A stretch of DNA of 64,000 nucleotides from Octopus vulgaris (Eukaryota), in assembly GCA_951406725.2 (NCBI GenBank), contig OX597819.1, forward strand, positions 26,226,001 to 26,290,000. The letters are read 5' to 3'. How positions within the stretch are numbered: position 1 is the first letter of the stretch; each line of letters begins with the position of its first letter. The notes below the pieces were generated by a model that made no database searches, had not been told where the DNA came from, and saw nothing but the letters and a program-made list of their open reading frames with translations. This document shows, in pieces, positions 27,950 to 41,596 of the stretch. Position numbers and translations under genes: made by a program.

Positions 27950-28561
27950 TTAGTTGAAATATGTTTGCCAAAGCAAATACACTGCAGTTAACCTGGAGAA
28001 AACAATCTCTCTTATGGTAAAAATGTGTGAAAACACTCGGTTCGTTCAGTGTCGCCGTCTATCGGGAATGTCAAACATCGATGTTTCGAGTTTATTCACT
28101 CTTGTCGATGAGATGCACCTAAGAGAGACAACTCTGAACGAGCTTGTAGCTTTATATATAATTCAGTCAACAAGTTGACTGACTTGCGATGGCCGAACGC
28201 CAGATCGAAATAAATATTGAAATAATGACGCAAAGCAGTGCTTACGTATAATCCAGATTTAGGTAAGTTGTAGTATATGTGTTATATATTTCAACTGTTA
28301 AAGGCAGATACACTGCAGTTACCATGGAGAAGAAACCCGACAACATGTTAACTGATTTATATATAAAGTTACAAGCTTTATTTAGTTCGTTCAGAGTTGC
28401 CTCTCTTGGGTACATCTCATCGACAAGTGTCAATAAACTAGAAACATCGATGTCTGAGATTCCCAATAGATGGTAACACTGAACGAATTGGGTGTTTTCA
28501 CAGTTTTTTTACTACAAGAGAGCTTTTTTCCTCAATGTATTTGCCTTTAGCAGTTGAAATA
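27950..28561. mobile_element. Two opposite-orientation copies of a ~270 bp element; the second (28287-28561) has ~28 bp TIRs
   Basis: TATTTCAACTGTTAAAGGCAGATACACT and AATGTATTTGCCTTTAGCAGTTGAAATA; ORFs 27954+ and 28242- translate similarly. Confidence 0.75.
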
Positions 28562-29083
28562 CGGTGTGTGTGCGTATGTGTGTGTGTGTGTGTATGTATA
28601 TATGTGTATGCATGTATGTATGTATGTGTATGCATATATGTGTATGCATGTATGTATGTGTGTGTATGTATGTTTGTGTATGTGTGTGTGTGTATGTATG
28701 TGTGTGTGTATGTATGTGTGTGTATGTATGTGTGTGCATGTATGTGTGTGTATGTGTGTGTATGTATGTATGTATTTATGTATGTATGTGTGTGTATGTA
28801 TGTATGTGTGTATGTATGTGTGTGTATGTATGTGTATGTATGTATGTGTATGTATGTGTGTGTATGTATGTGTGTATTATGTGTATGTGTGTATGTATGT
28901 GTGTATGTATGTATGTGTGTGAATGTATGTGTATGTGTGTGTATGTATGTGTGTGTATGTATGTATGTGTGTATGTATGTGTGTGTATGTGTGTAGGTGT
29001 ATGTATGTATGTGTGTGTATGTATGTGTGTGTATGCATGCATTTATGTATGTATGTGTTTATGTATGTATGCATGTATGTATA
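28562..29083. repeat. (TG)n/(TATG)n microsatellite
   Basis: Seen directly in the sequence. Confidence 0.97.
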
Positions 29084-29755
29084 TTAGAGATCAGTTGGAT
29101 GTGCATTAACTGTCAATATGGTTCATATAAAGGGAATACATCACACATTCATTTCATATAAATCCTTATCCTCCTCCAAGTATTTGTTGCTTCTGAAATG
29201 GAAAAGCGTTATTTACCCATTTGCTCTTCTAATGCAAAAGAAGCATATTAGGAATTTACTTCTTTTATTCTTTGTTTATTTATAAGCAAAGCTTGGCTTA
29301 TTTCGACGTATATCCTAAGATTATTTCAACTTCATTGTAAATGGGTTTTCGTGTGTCTTGTAGAAAGCTTAATGTATTTATTTCTGTGTGTTTCATCGCC
29401 ATCCGTTTAATGGAATTCCTCAAGTAAATCATATGTCATTTACATAATATGAGCATATTATCACAGGGATGATATTATATACGTTTGTGTAAGCATTCTG
29501 TATCTTACATGAACAGTAACCAAAGTCCCACCGCAGTGAGTTTTATATTTACAACTATGGGATGTAAACTGTTTGTTAAAAAATAACTATCATACGATAT
29601 TCTCTGTATACGCATATACATATATATATGTGTGTGTGTGTGTAAAATAATTGAGATTTAGTTGAATTAGTTACCAAGGTAGTGCGGTAAATTCCGCACA
29701 GCAACAAATTAGGTGAATAGAAAGCAAATACGTTACAAGGATGCCCAGGTATCGG

Positions 29756-29812
29756 TGCATTACGGCCGTTTCAAGTGGCTCAATTTAATCGAAAGCGCTC
29801 TCCTCGGACGCA
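29756..29812 (-). ncRNA. Hammerhead-like motif (U4C core variant)
   Basis: TGCGT-CCGAGGA-GAG..CTT-GAAAC-GGCC-GTA-ATGCA; palindromic stem III ACGGCCGT. Confidence 0.6.
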
Positions 29813-29992
29813 GCCAACCATATAGATTTCCAACATAAATACTAAACTATTTTTTAGCGCAAATTACATCGGTGCTAGCAACCAAAATAATTTGTTTTTC
29901 CTTGTTATTTGTATAACTCATTGTATAATTTGTAAAATATGATATTTATATTTATGTTTATAATCATACGACATGTTTCATAAATGTTATAA

Positions 29993-30068
<76 letters not shown>

Positions 30069-31015
30069 GTGATATTTTATACCTTCAAGTTTGTTTTAAA
30101 TATTCTTACCCGAGATGGGATTATTTAACTTATTGCCTAGACCCTAAATTCTGGTCATGGTTTAAAATAACCTATATACTCCTACTCAGAGGTCATTTAA
30201 TTGTAAATGCATGCTTGAAAGGTTTTAACATGAACACCTTAGTATTATACATAGGAAATGTCTTATGAAATTTCTCTTATATATTATAGTACCCAATTTT
30301 TAGGGTTTCAGTTTATTTATTTATCGTTTTTTTTTTGTATATGAATCTAAAATCATTTTCTAGTAGCTGAGATATACTTCTTTACCCTCAGTTTTAACTA
30401 CTACCCTTAAGTATTTGGGCCTCGTTTTGTTTTCGACTTTATGCCTCTTTTATTTGATAACCTAAATATATTTGACTACCCCTTCCTTCTTAGTTATCAC
30501 CCACGTCCCCTTCTGTCATTCTCTTACTAGCAGGTCTCTAATATGCCTCTTTATGTAGATCAAGGTAGACTTTTGGTCTCAATAAAATAAAGCCCGTAGA
30601 GAATATCTGACATTAGCAGTAACTTAACTGTCAGCTCCTAAAGGGCTTAATTCTTAAGAGTTGGAGACAGTATGTTGCAAATAATCTTAGAAATAATGAA
30701 GAATGTAAATTTAACTATCTCCCTTTTCCTCATTCTTGGCTCCCACTATTCCACTATGCCAATTTAAATCATAGTAGGCTGTAGATGTGCAGTATTTACT
30801 AAATTCATTCTGCCACAGAATTAGCAAGGCAAAACAATGTTATTATTTTTGTTGCTAGTGCCTATGTAAGTTGCGCTGAAAAAATGGTTTATTCTTTATT
30901 TTGGAAATCTGTATGGTTGGATGCATCAGAGGAGAGCGGTTTATTTCAAATTCATTTAATGTTTTTATTGATCGACTAAATGGACTGATAACTAGACATG
31001 GGTGTTACTTATTTG

Positions 31016-31062
<47 letters not shown>

Positions 31063-31364
31063 GATAACATTTTCGAATAAATTTTATCAATGGCCAGCAT
31101 ATTAAAAAAACACCTTTCAAGGTTAAATTTATAAACAACTTATAAACAAGGGCAACAGAAAAAAAAAATCAATGCCGAAATAGACTTAATCGTCAATAAC
31201 CATATAATGTATCACTATAAGCAAGTGTCTCGAAAGCAAGCCGATAGAAATGTCTAATTTTGTGGAATTTCTATTTTCAATATATTTGGGGTACTTAAGT
31301 GTGCTCATGACATAGTGTTTACTTCTTCCATGGATAAAAGTAAGTATTTATTTTCTTATCATAT

Positions 31365-31426
31365 TTATCGCTGATTACGAGAAAATTCTAAATGAATTAA
31401 CTCAGAAATTGGGACCGATCCGATAA
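31365..31426 (+). ncRNA. Decayed hammerhead-like motif
   Basis: TTATCG-CTGATTA-cGAG..AATTC taaat GAATT..CTCa-GAAA-TTGG ga CCGA-TC-CGATAA; G8 is substituted. Confidence 0.5.
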
Positions 31427-31486
31427 TAACGAAATTTTTTTAGAAATTTCTACCGGCTGTCTTTCGGGGCATGTGCGTATAGTGAT

Positions 31487-31560
<74 letters not shown>

Positions 31561-31561
<1 letters not shown>

Positions 31562-32840
31562 GAGGGGCGTTCAATAAGTAATGCCCCTGACTCACTTCCC
31601 ATAGCGGTAGAGCAACGAAACTTTGCACAGTTATTAGTCTTTCTCTACATAGTTACGCATTTCTCCCATCGTTTGATACAGCTCTGGAGACCGTTTTTTT
31701 TTTAGAAGACCCAGCTTGGTCCTCCAACCACGACGTGACTTCAGAAATCAAGGCTGCATAATCTGGGAAACGAATTCCTTTCAAAAACAACTTCATGGTT
31801 GGGAAGAGGTGAAAATCAGAGGGTGCAAGGTGAGGAGAGTAGGGGGTGGGGGAGGTGTTCAATGCCGCACGCATGTACTTCTGATCTAGCGACAAGTGAG
31901 TTGTGAACCGGAGCGTTGTCCTGCAGGAGGAGGATGTCTTTGCTGATCTTGCCCCGCCTCTTGATTTTGATAGTTTCTCTTAATTTCCTCAAAAGTGAAG
32001 CATAATACGCTCCGGTAATTGTGGTACCCTTTGCCAGGAAATCTGTTATCAATACTCCGTCCTGGTCCTAGAAGACTGTGAGCATGACCTTGCCAGCGGA
32101 GGGTTGCACCCTTGCCTTCTTTGGAGGAGGTGAGTCACGGTGCTTCCACTGCATTGACTGAGCTTTGGTCTCTGGATCATAGAGATGGACCCAGGTTTCA
32201 TCCTGTGTAATCAGTATTTTGAAAAAATTTGACTCATCTTCTTGGCACATCTCCAAATTCATCCTCGAGCACTCGACGCGTTCTTGCTTCTGGAAAGGTG
32301 TGAGCAACCTGGGAATCCATCTGGCAGACACCTTTTGCATGTGCAAATGGTCATGAATGATAGTTTCTACAGACCCGGTACTAATCTTGACCTCGTTGGC
32401 TATTTGGCGAAAAGTTATTCGTCGATCTTCCAAAATGGCAGCCTCAACTTGACGGACAGATGCCTCATCAATTGCAGAAGTGGGGCGACCAGATCTGGGA
32501 GCTGTTTCCACGGAGTTCCGACCATGTTTGAATTCATGATGTCAGCGTTTTACAAGGTCATATGATGGGGTATCATTACCCTAAGTTACTTTCATTTCAT
32601 CAAAAGTCTCCCGTGGTGTGCGTCCTTTCAAATACAAAAACCAGATCACTACTCGACACTCAACAGGCTCCATTTCACACTTGACTCAGTTAAAACACCT
32701 GTAAATCAGAAATCCCAATTAGTTCAGAGCTGCAATTCGCCACCTACTCTGTAGAGATACAAATAATTGCACACACAAAATTTCAGCTAGATCAAACAAC
32801 TGCAAGTGGGTCAGGAGCATTACTTATTGAACTCCCCTCG
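31561..32840 (-). mobile_element. Full-length mariner (DD34D-type) with TA target-site duplication
   Basis: TIRs CGAGGGGCGTTCAATAAGTAATGCCCCTGAC and GTCAGGAGCATTACTTATTGAACTCCCCTCG; 1280 bp. Confidence 0.95.
31634..32673 (-). pseudogene. Mariner transposase pseudogene
   Basis: Motifs RSGRP, WIPRLL, DETW, QDNAP, YSPHLAPSDFHLF; in-frame stops and frameshifts. Confidence 0.92.
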
Positions 32841-32847
32841 TACATAT

Positions 32848-33272
32848 TGATAATAACAAAGGGTGAAATTAATTAAGTAGTAATCAATAATTTCACCAAG
32901 TAGAATTCGGCATGAAAAAGGACCATTTCTCGGTAAATTTAAGTAATATTAAACCTAAGTAATATTTTATAATTAGGGCTCAGCAAAGATTTGCTTTACC
33001 ACATACCGAAGTTTAGAATTAGCAGCCAAAGAACCTCAGCTATTTACTCTACTTTAAAACGAGACTCCCGGACAAAAACAAAGTACTCGAAAACAACCCA
33101 CGCAGACAGAAAAAGTAAAGTATAAATTCTACATTCTGTACCGATCTAATTCCGAAACGTGTCCATGGGTAATCAAATACCGATTGATTTTCGTAATTTT
33201 TCCTCTCTGTCTGCGTGGAATATTTTCGAGTACTTTGTTTTTGTCCGGGAGTCTCTTTTTAAAGTAGAGGAA
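32848..33272. repeat. PLE-like insert with ~64 bp inverted arms (33047-33110 and 33206-33269)
   Basis: CTCTACTTTAAAACGAGACTCCCGGACAAAAACAAAGTACTCGAAAA and its reverse complement; GAAACGTGTC lies in the spacer. Confidence 0.7.
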
Positions 33273-33424
33273 ATTATAATATATATACACACACGTTTTT
33301 ATTATTCATTTGCAATTTACTTAATCATCGGTATTTTATTGTTATTTTAATATTTCTATTATATGTAATTTTCTAGATGGTGTAATTTAATTGTTCATTT
33401 TGAATTCACAAAAGCTGTTTTTTA

Positions 33425-33610
<186 letters not shown>

Positions 33611-34084
33611 GCACACATGCAAATATATATGTGCGTCTTTGTGTGTGTTAGTGTTTATTTTTAAATATAAACTTATTATTCATTCTTTTGGTCAAACACT
33701 TGCTGTTCGCCAGGCTGTGCACGGATCATTTTCTATGAATTTAAATTTCTTCTCTGCTAAAGATAAGGAAACCCAACCGCCAATAATGCCTATAAATGCA
33801 GAAACATGTGTATACAGCTGTCCTCTCGTCTTGTTTCGTAATAGCATATCAATTCTGGAGGAATTTTTCATTTTTGAGATTAGCTTCGCTTATCATTTTA
33901 TGTTGGCATTAACTCTTACCACGTCTCCACTTTCTAGAAACAAAGAGATTTTAAAAAATCAAGAATATACCTTCTGTGTTATTTAATCTTTATTCATTAT
34001 TTTATCTTCGAATACACGGCACTGGTCATTTTGAGTTATTTCTCATTGCTCATTCTTATTTCAGTTACAATGATACGTATGAAT

Positions 34085-34553
34085 ATCTAGGAAGCTTGCC
34101 TCCCCATCACATGGTTCTGAGTTCAATCCCACTGCGTGGCACATTGCTCTTCTGTTATAGTCTCCGGTCAACCAAGGCTTTCTGAGTGGATTTGGTAGAC
34201 GAAAACTGACAGAAGTCCGTTTTGTGTGTGTGTGTGTTTGTGTGTGTGTGTTTGTGTGTCTGTGTGTGTTTTTGTCTGTGTGTGTGTTTGTGTGAGTGTA
34301 TGTATGTGTATTTGTCTCTTTATGTGTGTGTTTAGCCCCATCACCACTACCATCAGCACAACTTTACACACAGCGGTTGGTTTACGTCCCTGTAACTAAG
34401 CTTTTCAGGCAAAAAGGGAATCCGTTAGAATAAATACCTCGCTAAAAAAAATAGTCCTGAGGTCGATTTCTCTGACTAAAACTCTTCAACGCGGCGTCCC
34501 AGCATCACCACAGTCAAATGACTGAAAAAAGTTAAAAGATAACAAATAAAAGA
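34085..34553 (+). mobile_element. Family A SINE, decayed
   Basis: Shared body and CAGTCAAATGACTGAAA tail. Confidence 0.8.
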
Positions 34554-35416
34554 TGTATGCATGCAAACATACTTATATGTACGCATGTATAAATGTGCGT
34601 ATTTGCACGTAAAACAGAAACTAGTATCGTTTGCGTAAGTAGTCAAAAGACCAACAATATTTTAAGTGGTGTTTCGCTGACCATATTGATATCGGCGATA
34701 CACCTGCACAGTATTTTATCGACCCCGGATCGGACAAAAAGCAAATACAATGAACAAATACCGGATGTCACTCCACTGATAGAGAAATGGACATTATGTA
34801 ATTCTAATTAATATTTTGCCAAATGTACATCAATAACTATAAATATATTAACAATAGTTAATACACACATATACGTATATGCATATATATGAATTAGCGT
34901 ATGAAAATATGTATGTAAGTTTATATGTATCCATATAAATTCCTTGTGATTGGCGAGCCCGTAGTCGCTGTTCTGTCTATTCTACTAATTATGTCATTAT
35001 TTCTATGCCAAAACGTCTACCGATATTTCAATTTCAGACCAGAGAATTGCAGAATAGAAATCTCGGAAATTAAACAGCAAAATATTACATTGCCATTAGA
35101 AAGTAGATTAAGTGTGTGACCACTGAATTTCATACTATGTATGTACATACATACATACATACATACATACATACATACATACATAGACGGGTGGGTGTAA
35201 GTGTATACATACATATATATATATATGTATGTATATATATATACATCTTTATATATATATATCTGTGTATATATATATATATGTATATATATAAATATAT
35301 CTGTATATATATATATATCTGTATATATATATGTATATATCTGTATATATCTTTATATATATATATATATATATGAATATATTTTATATATATATGAATA
35401 TATTTTATATATATAT

Positions 35417-38400
35417 GATTGATTGATTGATTGATTGATTCTAGTTTCAGCTTATGAGCTGTGGCCATGCTGGGGCACCGCCATTTGGTGTTGCTACTTG
35501 GTTTCACTTCATGGAGGCTTTCTAGCAACTGCTATTTGGTGCATGAGAGAGTTCGATGCAGCTGCCCTCATCTGCCCCTCCTGCCGTGAAGTTGGTTCAT
35601 CTGGGACACCTGACAGGAAGAGATCCAGCTTCATTTTAAAGACATCTGTATCCACCCCATGCAGGTCTCTCAGGTTCTTCGGGAGGATATTGAAGAGCTG
35701 TGGGCCTCGGAAGCCCAGGCTATCACAGAATCTTGTCCTACATCTTGATGGCAGGTTTGGAGTCCTAGGCACCACGCAGTGGCGCCCAGTTCTGGCATTT
35801 GCGTAACTCTCGATGCCAAAGTTCAGGACACTTCCCTCCGGGATCTTCCAGATGTATATTATGGCATATCTTTCCCGCCTACGATCCAGGGAATATAATT
35901 TTAATCTCTTGAGTCTTTCCCAGTAGCTTACATTCTGCATAGAGGCTATCTTCTTTGTGTAGCTTCGTTGGATCGCCTCAAGTTCTGTGATCAACTTGAC
36001 ACTGGATGGTGACCATAGCTGAGAGCAATAGTCAAAGTGGCTTAGGACAAGTGTCTTCCAGAGGACCATCATGGTTTCTTGTTCTCTTGTTCTAAAGGTT
36101 CTAAGAATCCATCCAGCCAGCCGTCTACATTTCATTGTCAGTTTAGCAACATGTACATGAAAGGTCGCGTCATCACTCATGTGAATACCCAGGTCACGCA
36201 CTGATTGTGCCTCTGGGATTGCAATCCCTCCGGGTCCAGTGTATTCATTCGGTATTGCATTCAGTTTTGCATGCTGATAGTATAAAGCTTGAAACTTTCC
36301 AGCATTGAACTGCATGCTATTCTTTTCAGCCCACTTGTATATTTCGTCCAGCTCACATTGCAGGTGTTTAGTGTCCTCAGGGTTCTGTATTGCCTGTGAA
36401 ACGTTTGTATCATCTGCATAACTTGTGATCGTGGCTCTCTGCGTGGCTGAGGGCATGTCTGAGAGGGCCATTATGAACAGTAGTGGTCCCAGAACAGTGC
36501 CCTGCGGAACACCGCTCACTATTTGTGTGTTAATGGAGGTGGCCCCATTGGCTACTACCACCTGACTTCTATCCTTCAGAAAGTCATGAAGCCATTCTCC
36601 CAGTTTTCCAACTATGTTGAGATCACGCAGTTTGTGACATATCATTCCATGATCGACTTTATCAAAGGCCTTTGCAAAGTCGAGATATATCACTTCCACA
36701 TTTGAGTGGTTGAGCAGCCGTTTCAGCACCCAGTCATAGTGTTGTAGGAGCTGAGTTAAACAGCTTCTCCCTGGTCGGAAACCATGTTGGGTGTCGGGCA
36801 GCAAGTCATTCTCTTCAAGGAAGGTGATCAGCTTCCTTCTGACTATTCGTTCCATGACCTTGCTGATGTGTGAGGTCAGAGAGATAGGTCTATAGTTCTT
36901 GGCTTCCGCTCTGCTACCTCCTTTATGAATGGGGCATATTTTACCTTCCTTCAGTTTTCCTGGAAGTTTGCCAGCTGCAAGGAAGCTCTGAAAGAGGAAC
37001 TGCAGTGGTCTTGCTAGGACTCTCTTACATGCTTTTAGGAGGATTGCCGGGAATCCATCGGGGCCAGTAGCTGAGTCTGTTTTCATTTCATCTATAGCCT
37101 TGGTTACAGCGTCTTCCTTTATATCGATGTAATCTATCGTCGCCGCCTCTGATTTTATATCTGCAGTGGTAAAAAAGTCAGTTGGATTGGTGATTTGGAG
37201 ATTCCCAAGGGGTGGAGTGAAAACACTCTTGAATTGCTCATTCAGTATTTCACTTACCCTCATTGGTTTTCCTGTAAGTGTGCCATCCTTTTCGAGGAGT
37301 GGCCCTATTCTACAGTGCACTGTAGCTGTTTCTTTGGCATACCTGTAGAAAGCTCTGGGGTTAGATTTTATGTTTTCTATAGCCCAGGCTTCTTTGTCTG
37401 CTCTTTCTATTTCATGGGAGAGTTGCAGACATTTTTCGATTTCCAACAGTTTTATTTTTAGGCGGGACTTTTCACTGCTTTCAATCTGTTTGTTTAGGCG
37501 ATTTGAAAATTTCGTACGCCGTCTCATTAAAATTTTCCTCTCTCTGGGGATTTTGTTCTTGTGTACAGTGGCCTTTCTCTCTGGGACACATTTGTAGCAT
37601 ATGGCTTGCATTACAGACATGAATTGTTGAAGTTTCACGTCGATGTCTGGCGAGGAGAGACATTTAGGCCAGTTTTGTTTGAGGATCTCTTTCTCAATTT
37701 GTTTCCAGTTTGCCTTATGGTAGTTCAAGCTGGAAAGATTTTGAGGGTTTCTTGTAGGCTGAATGTTCGTGCTCTCTTTTGGCCCGTACATGGTCAGCTC
37801 TATCATGTTGTGATCCGAGAGTAGTGTCGGTGTCACTTTCACATTATGGATGAGATCCATGTCATTTGTGAAGCAGAGATCCAGTGTGTTACCTGCCCTG
37901 GTTGGTTGGAGTATTACCTGCTCCATGTACAGGGTGTTGATGAGGTTCAGGAGGGACCTCGCCTGTCCTCGTTCACATCTTGTCATTCCTGGGAGAGAAA
38001 GGCCCTCGGGCCATCTGACATTGGGCAGATTGAAGTCTCCCATAAGAAGCACACCTATGTGTTGTTCTAATGTGGTTAGAATTTCTTCTATTTTTATAAG
38101 GCAGTCTTCAAACTTGCCCACATGGCTTGGGGCATCTGGAGGGCGATATGTAGCACACACAACTACATCAAGTTGCCTAATATGTACAATTAGTGTGTCA
38201 CACACCGAGTTTGAGTATGACAAGAGGACCTGGGGTGTGAGGTCCTCACGGATGTACATAGCAACACCTCCATGACTCCTTTCTTTCCTGTCGGTCCGTA
38301 GTACAGCATACTGTGGTATGTGTAACTCCGCATCTGCTATGTCCGGTTTCAGGTGCGTTTCTGTAAGTGCTATGCATAAGGCTTGATTGCATGCAACAAA

Positions 38401-38608
38401 GTCTCTCAGGAACGGGATCTTTGTCCTGTTACTGAGTGTTTGCAGTCCTCTGATGTTCAGTAGGAGTATCGAGGTGAGGTGTACGTTGTTGCCGGCGGTG
38501 TCCATCCTGTGTCTGTTTGCTGTGGTGGTCTGGTATATAGTGGGTAGTCCCACCTGCGGGCTTGGGTTTGATGAAGCCAGGTCAGCTGCTGTACAATCTT
38601 TTGTGCCA
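35417..38608 (-). mobile_element. CR1-group LINE copy 1 with (AATC)6 tail
   Basis: Open ORF2 and 3' hairpin; lies inside an AT-rich 24 bp minisatellite present on both sides. Confidence 0.95.
35509..38505 (-). CDS. LINE ORF2 APE+RT (998 aa from MDTAGNN)
   Basis: Motifs [45 protein letters not shown]; the longer track ORF just reads on into microsatellite. Confidence 0.95.
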   Translation of the reverse strand: MDTAGNNVHLTSILLLNIRGLQTLSNRTKIPFLRDFVACNQALCIALTETHLKPDIADAELHIPQYAVLRTDRKERSHGGVAMYIREDLTPQVLLSYSNSVCDTLIVHIRQLDVVVCATYRPPDAPSHVGKFEDCLIKIEEILTTLEQHIGVLLMGDFNLPNVRWPEGLSLPGMTRCERGQARSLLNLINTLYMEQVILQPTRAGNTLDLCFTNDMDLIHNVKVTPTLLSDHNMIELTMYGPKESTNIQPTRNPQNLSSLNYHKANWKQIEKEILKQNWPKCLSSPDIDVKLQQFMSVMQAICYKCVPERKATVHKNKIPRERKILMRRRTKFSNRLNKQIESSEKSRLKIKLLEIEKCLQLSHEIERADKEAWAIENIKSNPRAFYRYAKETATVHCRIGPLLEKDGTLTGKPMRVSEILNEQFKSVFTPPLGNLQITNPTDFFTTADIKSEAATIDYIDIKEDAVTKAIDEMKTDSATGPDGFPAILLKACKRVLARPLQFLFQSFLAAGKLPGKLKEGKICPIHKGGSRAEAKNYRPISLTSHISKVMERIVRRKLITFLEENDLLPDTQHGFRPGRSCLTQLLQHYDWVLKRLLNHSNVEVIYLDFAKAFDKVDHGMICHKLRDLNIVGKLGEWLHDFLKDRSQVVVANGATSINTQIVSGVPQGTVLGPLLFIMALSDMPSATQRATITSYADDTNVSQAIQNPEDTKHLQCELDEIYKWAEKNSMQFNAGKFQALYYQHAKLNAIPNEYTGPGGIAIPEAQSVRDLGIHMSDDATFHVHVAKLTMKCRRLAGWILRTFRTREQETMMVLWKTLVLSHFDYCSQLWSPSSVKLITELEAIQRSYTKKIASMQNVSYWERLKRLKLYSLDRRRERYAIIYIWKIPEGSVLNFGIESYANARTGRHCVVPRTPNLPSRCRTRFCDSLGFRGPQLFNILPKNLRDLHGVDTDVFKMKLDLFLSGVPDEPTSRQEGQMRAAASNSLMHQIAVARKPP

Positions 38609-38832
38609 TATGAATATATTTTATATATATATGAATATATTTTATATATATATGAATATATTTTATATATATATGAATATATTTCATATATATATAAATA
38701 TATATATGTATATATATATATATATAAATATATATATACATATTTATATATATACATATTTATATATATATATATGTGTATATATATATGTATGTATATG
38801 TATATATATACATCTTTATATATATACATCTT

Positions 38833-38863
<31 letters not shown>

Positions 38864-39144
38864 CTGTGTATATGCAAATATGTATGTATATGTATATATA
38901 TATATATATACACATCCTTATATATATGTATATATATATCTGTGTATATGTAAATATGTATGTATATGTATATATATATATACACATCCTCTTATATATA
39001 TATATATATATCTGCGTATATGTATATATGTATGTATATATATATATATATATACACATATATATATATATCTGCGTATATGTATATATGTATGTATATA
39101 TATATATATACACATATATATATATATCTATATATATATATGTA

Positions 39145-39217
<73 letters not shown>

Positions 39218-39931
39218 GTATATATATATGTATCTGTATATATATATATATATCTGTATATATATATATCTGTGTATATGTATATATATATATATCTGTA
39301 TATATATATCTGTGTATATGTATATATATATATCTGTATATATATATATCTGTGTATATGTATATATATATATCTGTATATATATATATCTGTATATATA
39401 TATATATCTGTGTATATGTATATATATATATCTGTATATATATATATCTGTGTATATGTATATATATATATATGTATGTATATGTATGTATATATGTATA
39501 TATATATGTATGTATATGTATGTATATATGTATATGTATGTATATATATATATATGTATGTATATATATATATGTATGTATATGTACATATATATATATA
39601 TATCTTTATATATATATACACATGAACATATACATGTATATATACGTATATATATATATATATATATATCTGTGTACATATATATATATATATGCCTGTA
39701 TATTTATATATATATATATGAACATATACATGTATATATACGTCTATATGTATGTATATATGTTTACATACTTACATAGAAGTATATATAACATTTATCA
39801 TATGTACCTATATAGTAATGTTATCGTTGTTACTTCCCTCTTCGTCATCATTATCATTATCAATATCATCACTGTCATCTTCATTATTCTTCCTCTTATT
39901 ATTATTCAAACTAATTTATAAAAGTTATAGT

Positions 39932-39988
<57 letters not shown>

Positions 39989-39990
39989 CT
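38609..39990. repeat. Compound TA/TATC/TATG microsatellite and minisatellite
   Basis: Seen directly in the sequence. Confidence 0.95.
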
Positions 39991-40435
39991 CACATACATA
40001 CATATATATCATAATTGGACATTTGAATCTCATTTGCCGGCCAATTGCCTTACATAATGGCGGTAATGTGCATCGTAGATTACTAAGCAATATCTAAGTT
40101 AGACATTGTGATAAATCAGATGCGATTAATATTATTTTCAAATTTGTAACCTACGCTGATACCTAACGGAAAGTCAAATCCCGATTCAATGTAGTGTCTG
40201 CAATATTATTATTTGGAGTAAGTATATTGTCTATGCTGATTTAGTGGTCTGTTATTCCGGAGCCTCCACGGTGTGCAGCCATATATTCGAACAATTCAAA
40301 TTGGGCTCACTTATTTGAAGAAGCGGCATCACGTTGTCTAAACTTCAACGTAAAAGGACTTTGGAACGATCTTCGTAATTATTCTGTCCATTTATCTATG
40401 TATTTTTTATGTACTTACCTATTTTCCTACTTCCA

Positions 40436-40963
<528 letters not shown>

Positions 40964-40975
40964 ATATGTACCAAT

Positions 40976-41035
<60 letters not shown>

Positions 41036-41107
41036 ATTTATATATCTACCTATCTATTTATCCATTTGTCTAGTTAGCTATCTACCAGTTTATCTCTCTC
41101 TCTCTCC

Positions 41108-41143
<36 letters not shown>

Positions 41144-41148
<5 letters not shown>

Positions 41149-41468
41149 GAAATGAAGAAAATGCTGACAAAATAATTTATAGTAATTTAAGTAATTTAAT
41201 TAGGTGAAAAGTTCTTTTTACCGGTTGCGCATTTGTTATGCTTATCAAAAGATATTTTTTTAAGAGAGATAGAGTTCCTTTCTGATAAATTTTTTCCTCT
41301 TATTTCCAGATAAGAGGAAAAAAATCTATCAAAAAGGAACTCTATCTCTCTTAAAAATATCTTTTGATAAGCATAACAAATGCGCAACCGGTAAAAAGAA
41401 CTTTTCACCTAATTAAATTACTTAAATTACTTAAATTATTTTGTCAGCATTTTCTTCATTTCCTTTTT
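41144..41468. repeat. Near-perfect palindrome with ~160 bp arms and ~6 bp spacer
   Basis: Arms 41144-41303 and 41310-41468; ORF 41196- reads its own mirror image. Confidence 0.92.
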
Positions 41469-41596
41469 TATATATCACAACTCGTGTTCCACATCTCCTT
41501 TTTTAAATATATATATATATATATATATTGATAAAACGGTAAGATAACAAAAGAAAGAAAGAGACCTCAATATTATGTAAATAGAGGAAATTTATC

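Noticed and set aside
30080-30960. Possible decayed Penelope RT
   Set aside because: No motif could be read convincingly in any frame
38506-38985. N-terminal 160 aa extension of the 1158 aa ORF
   Set aside because: Mostly read-through into flanking microsatellite; that part is absent from copy 2
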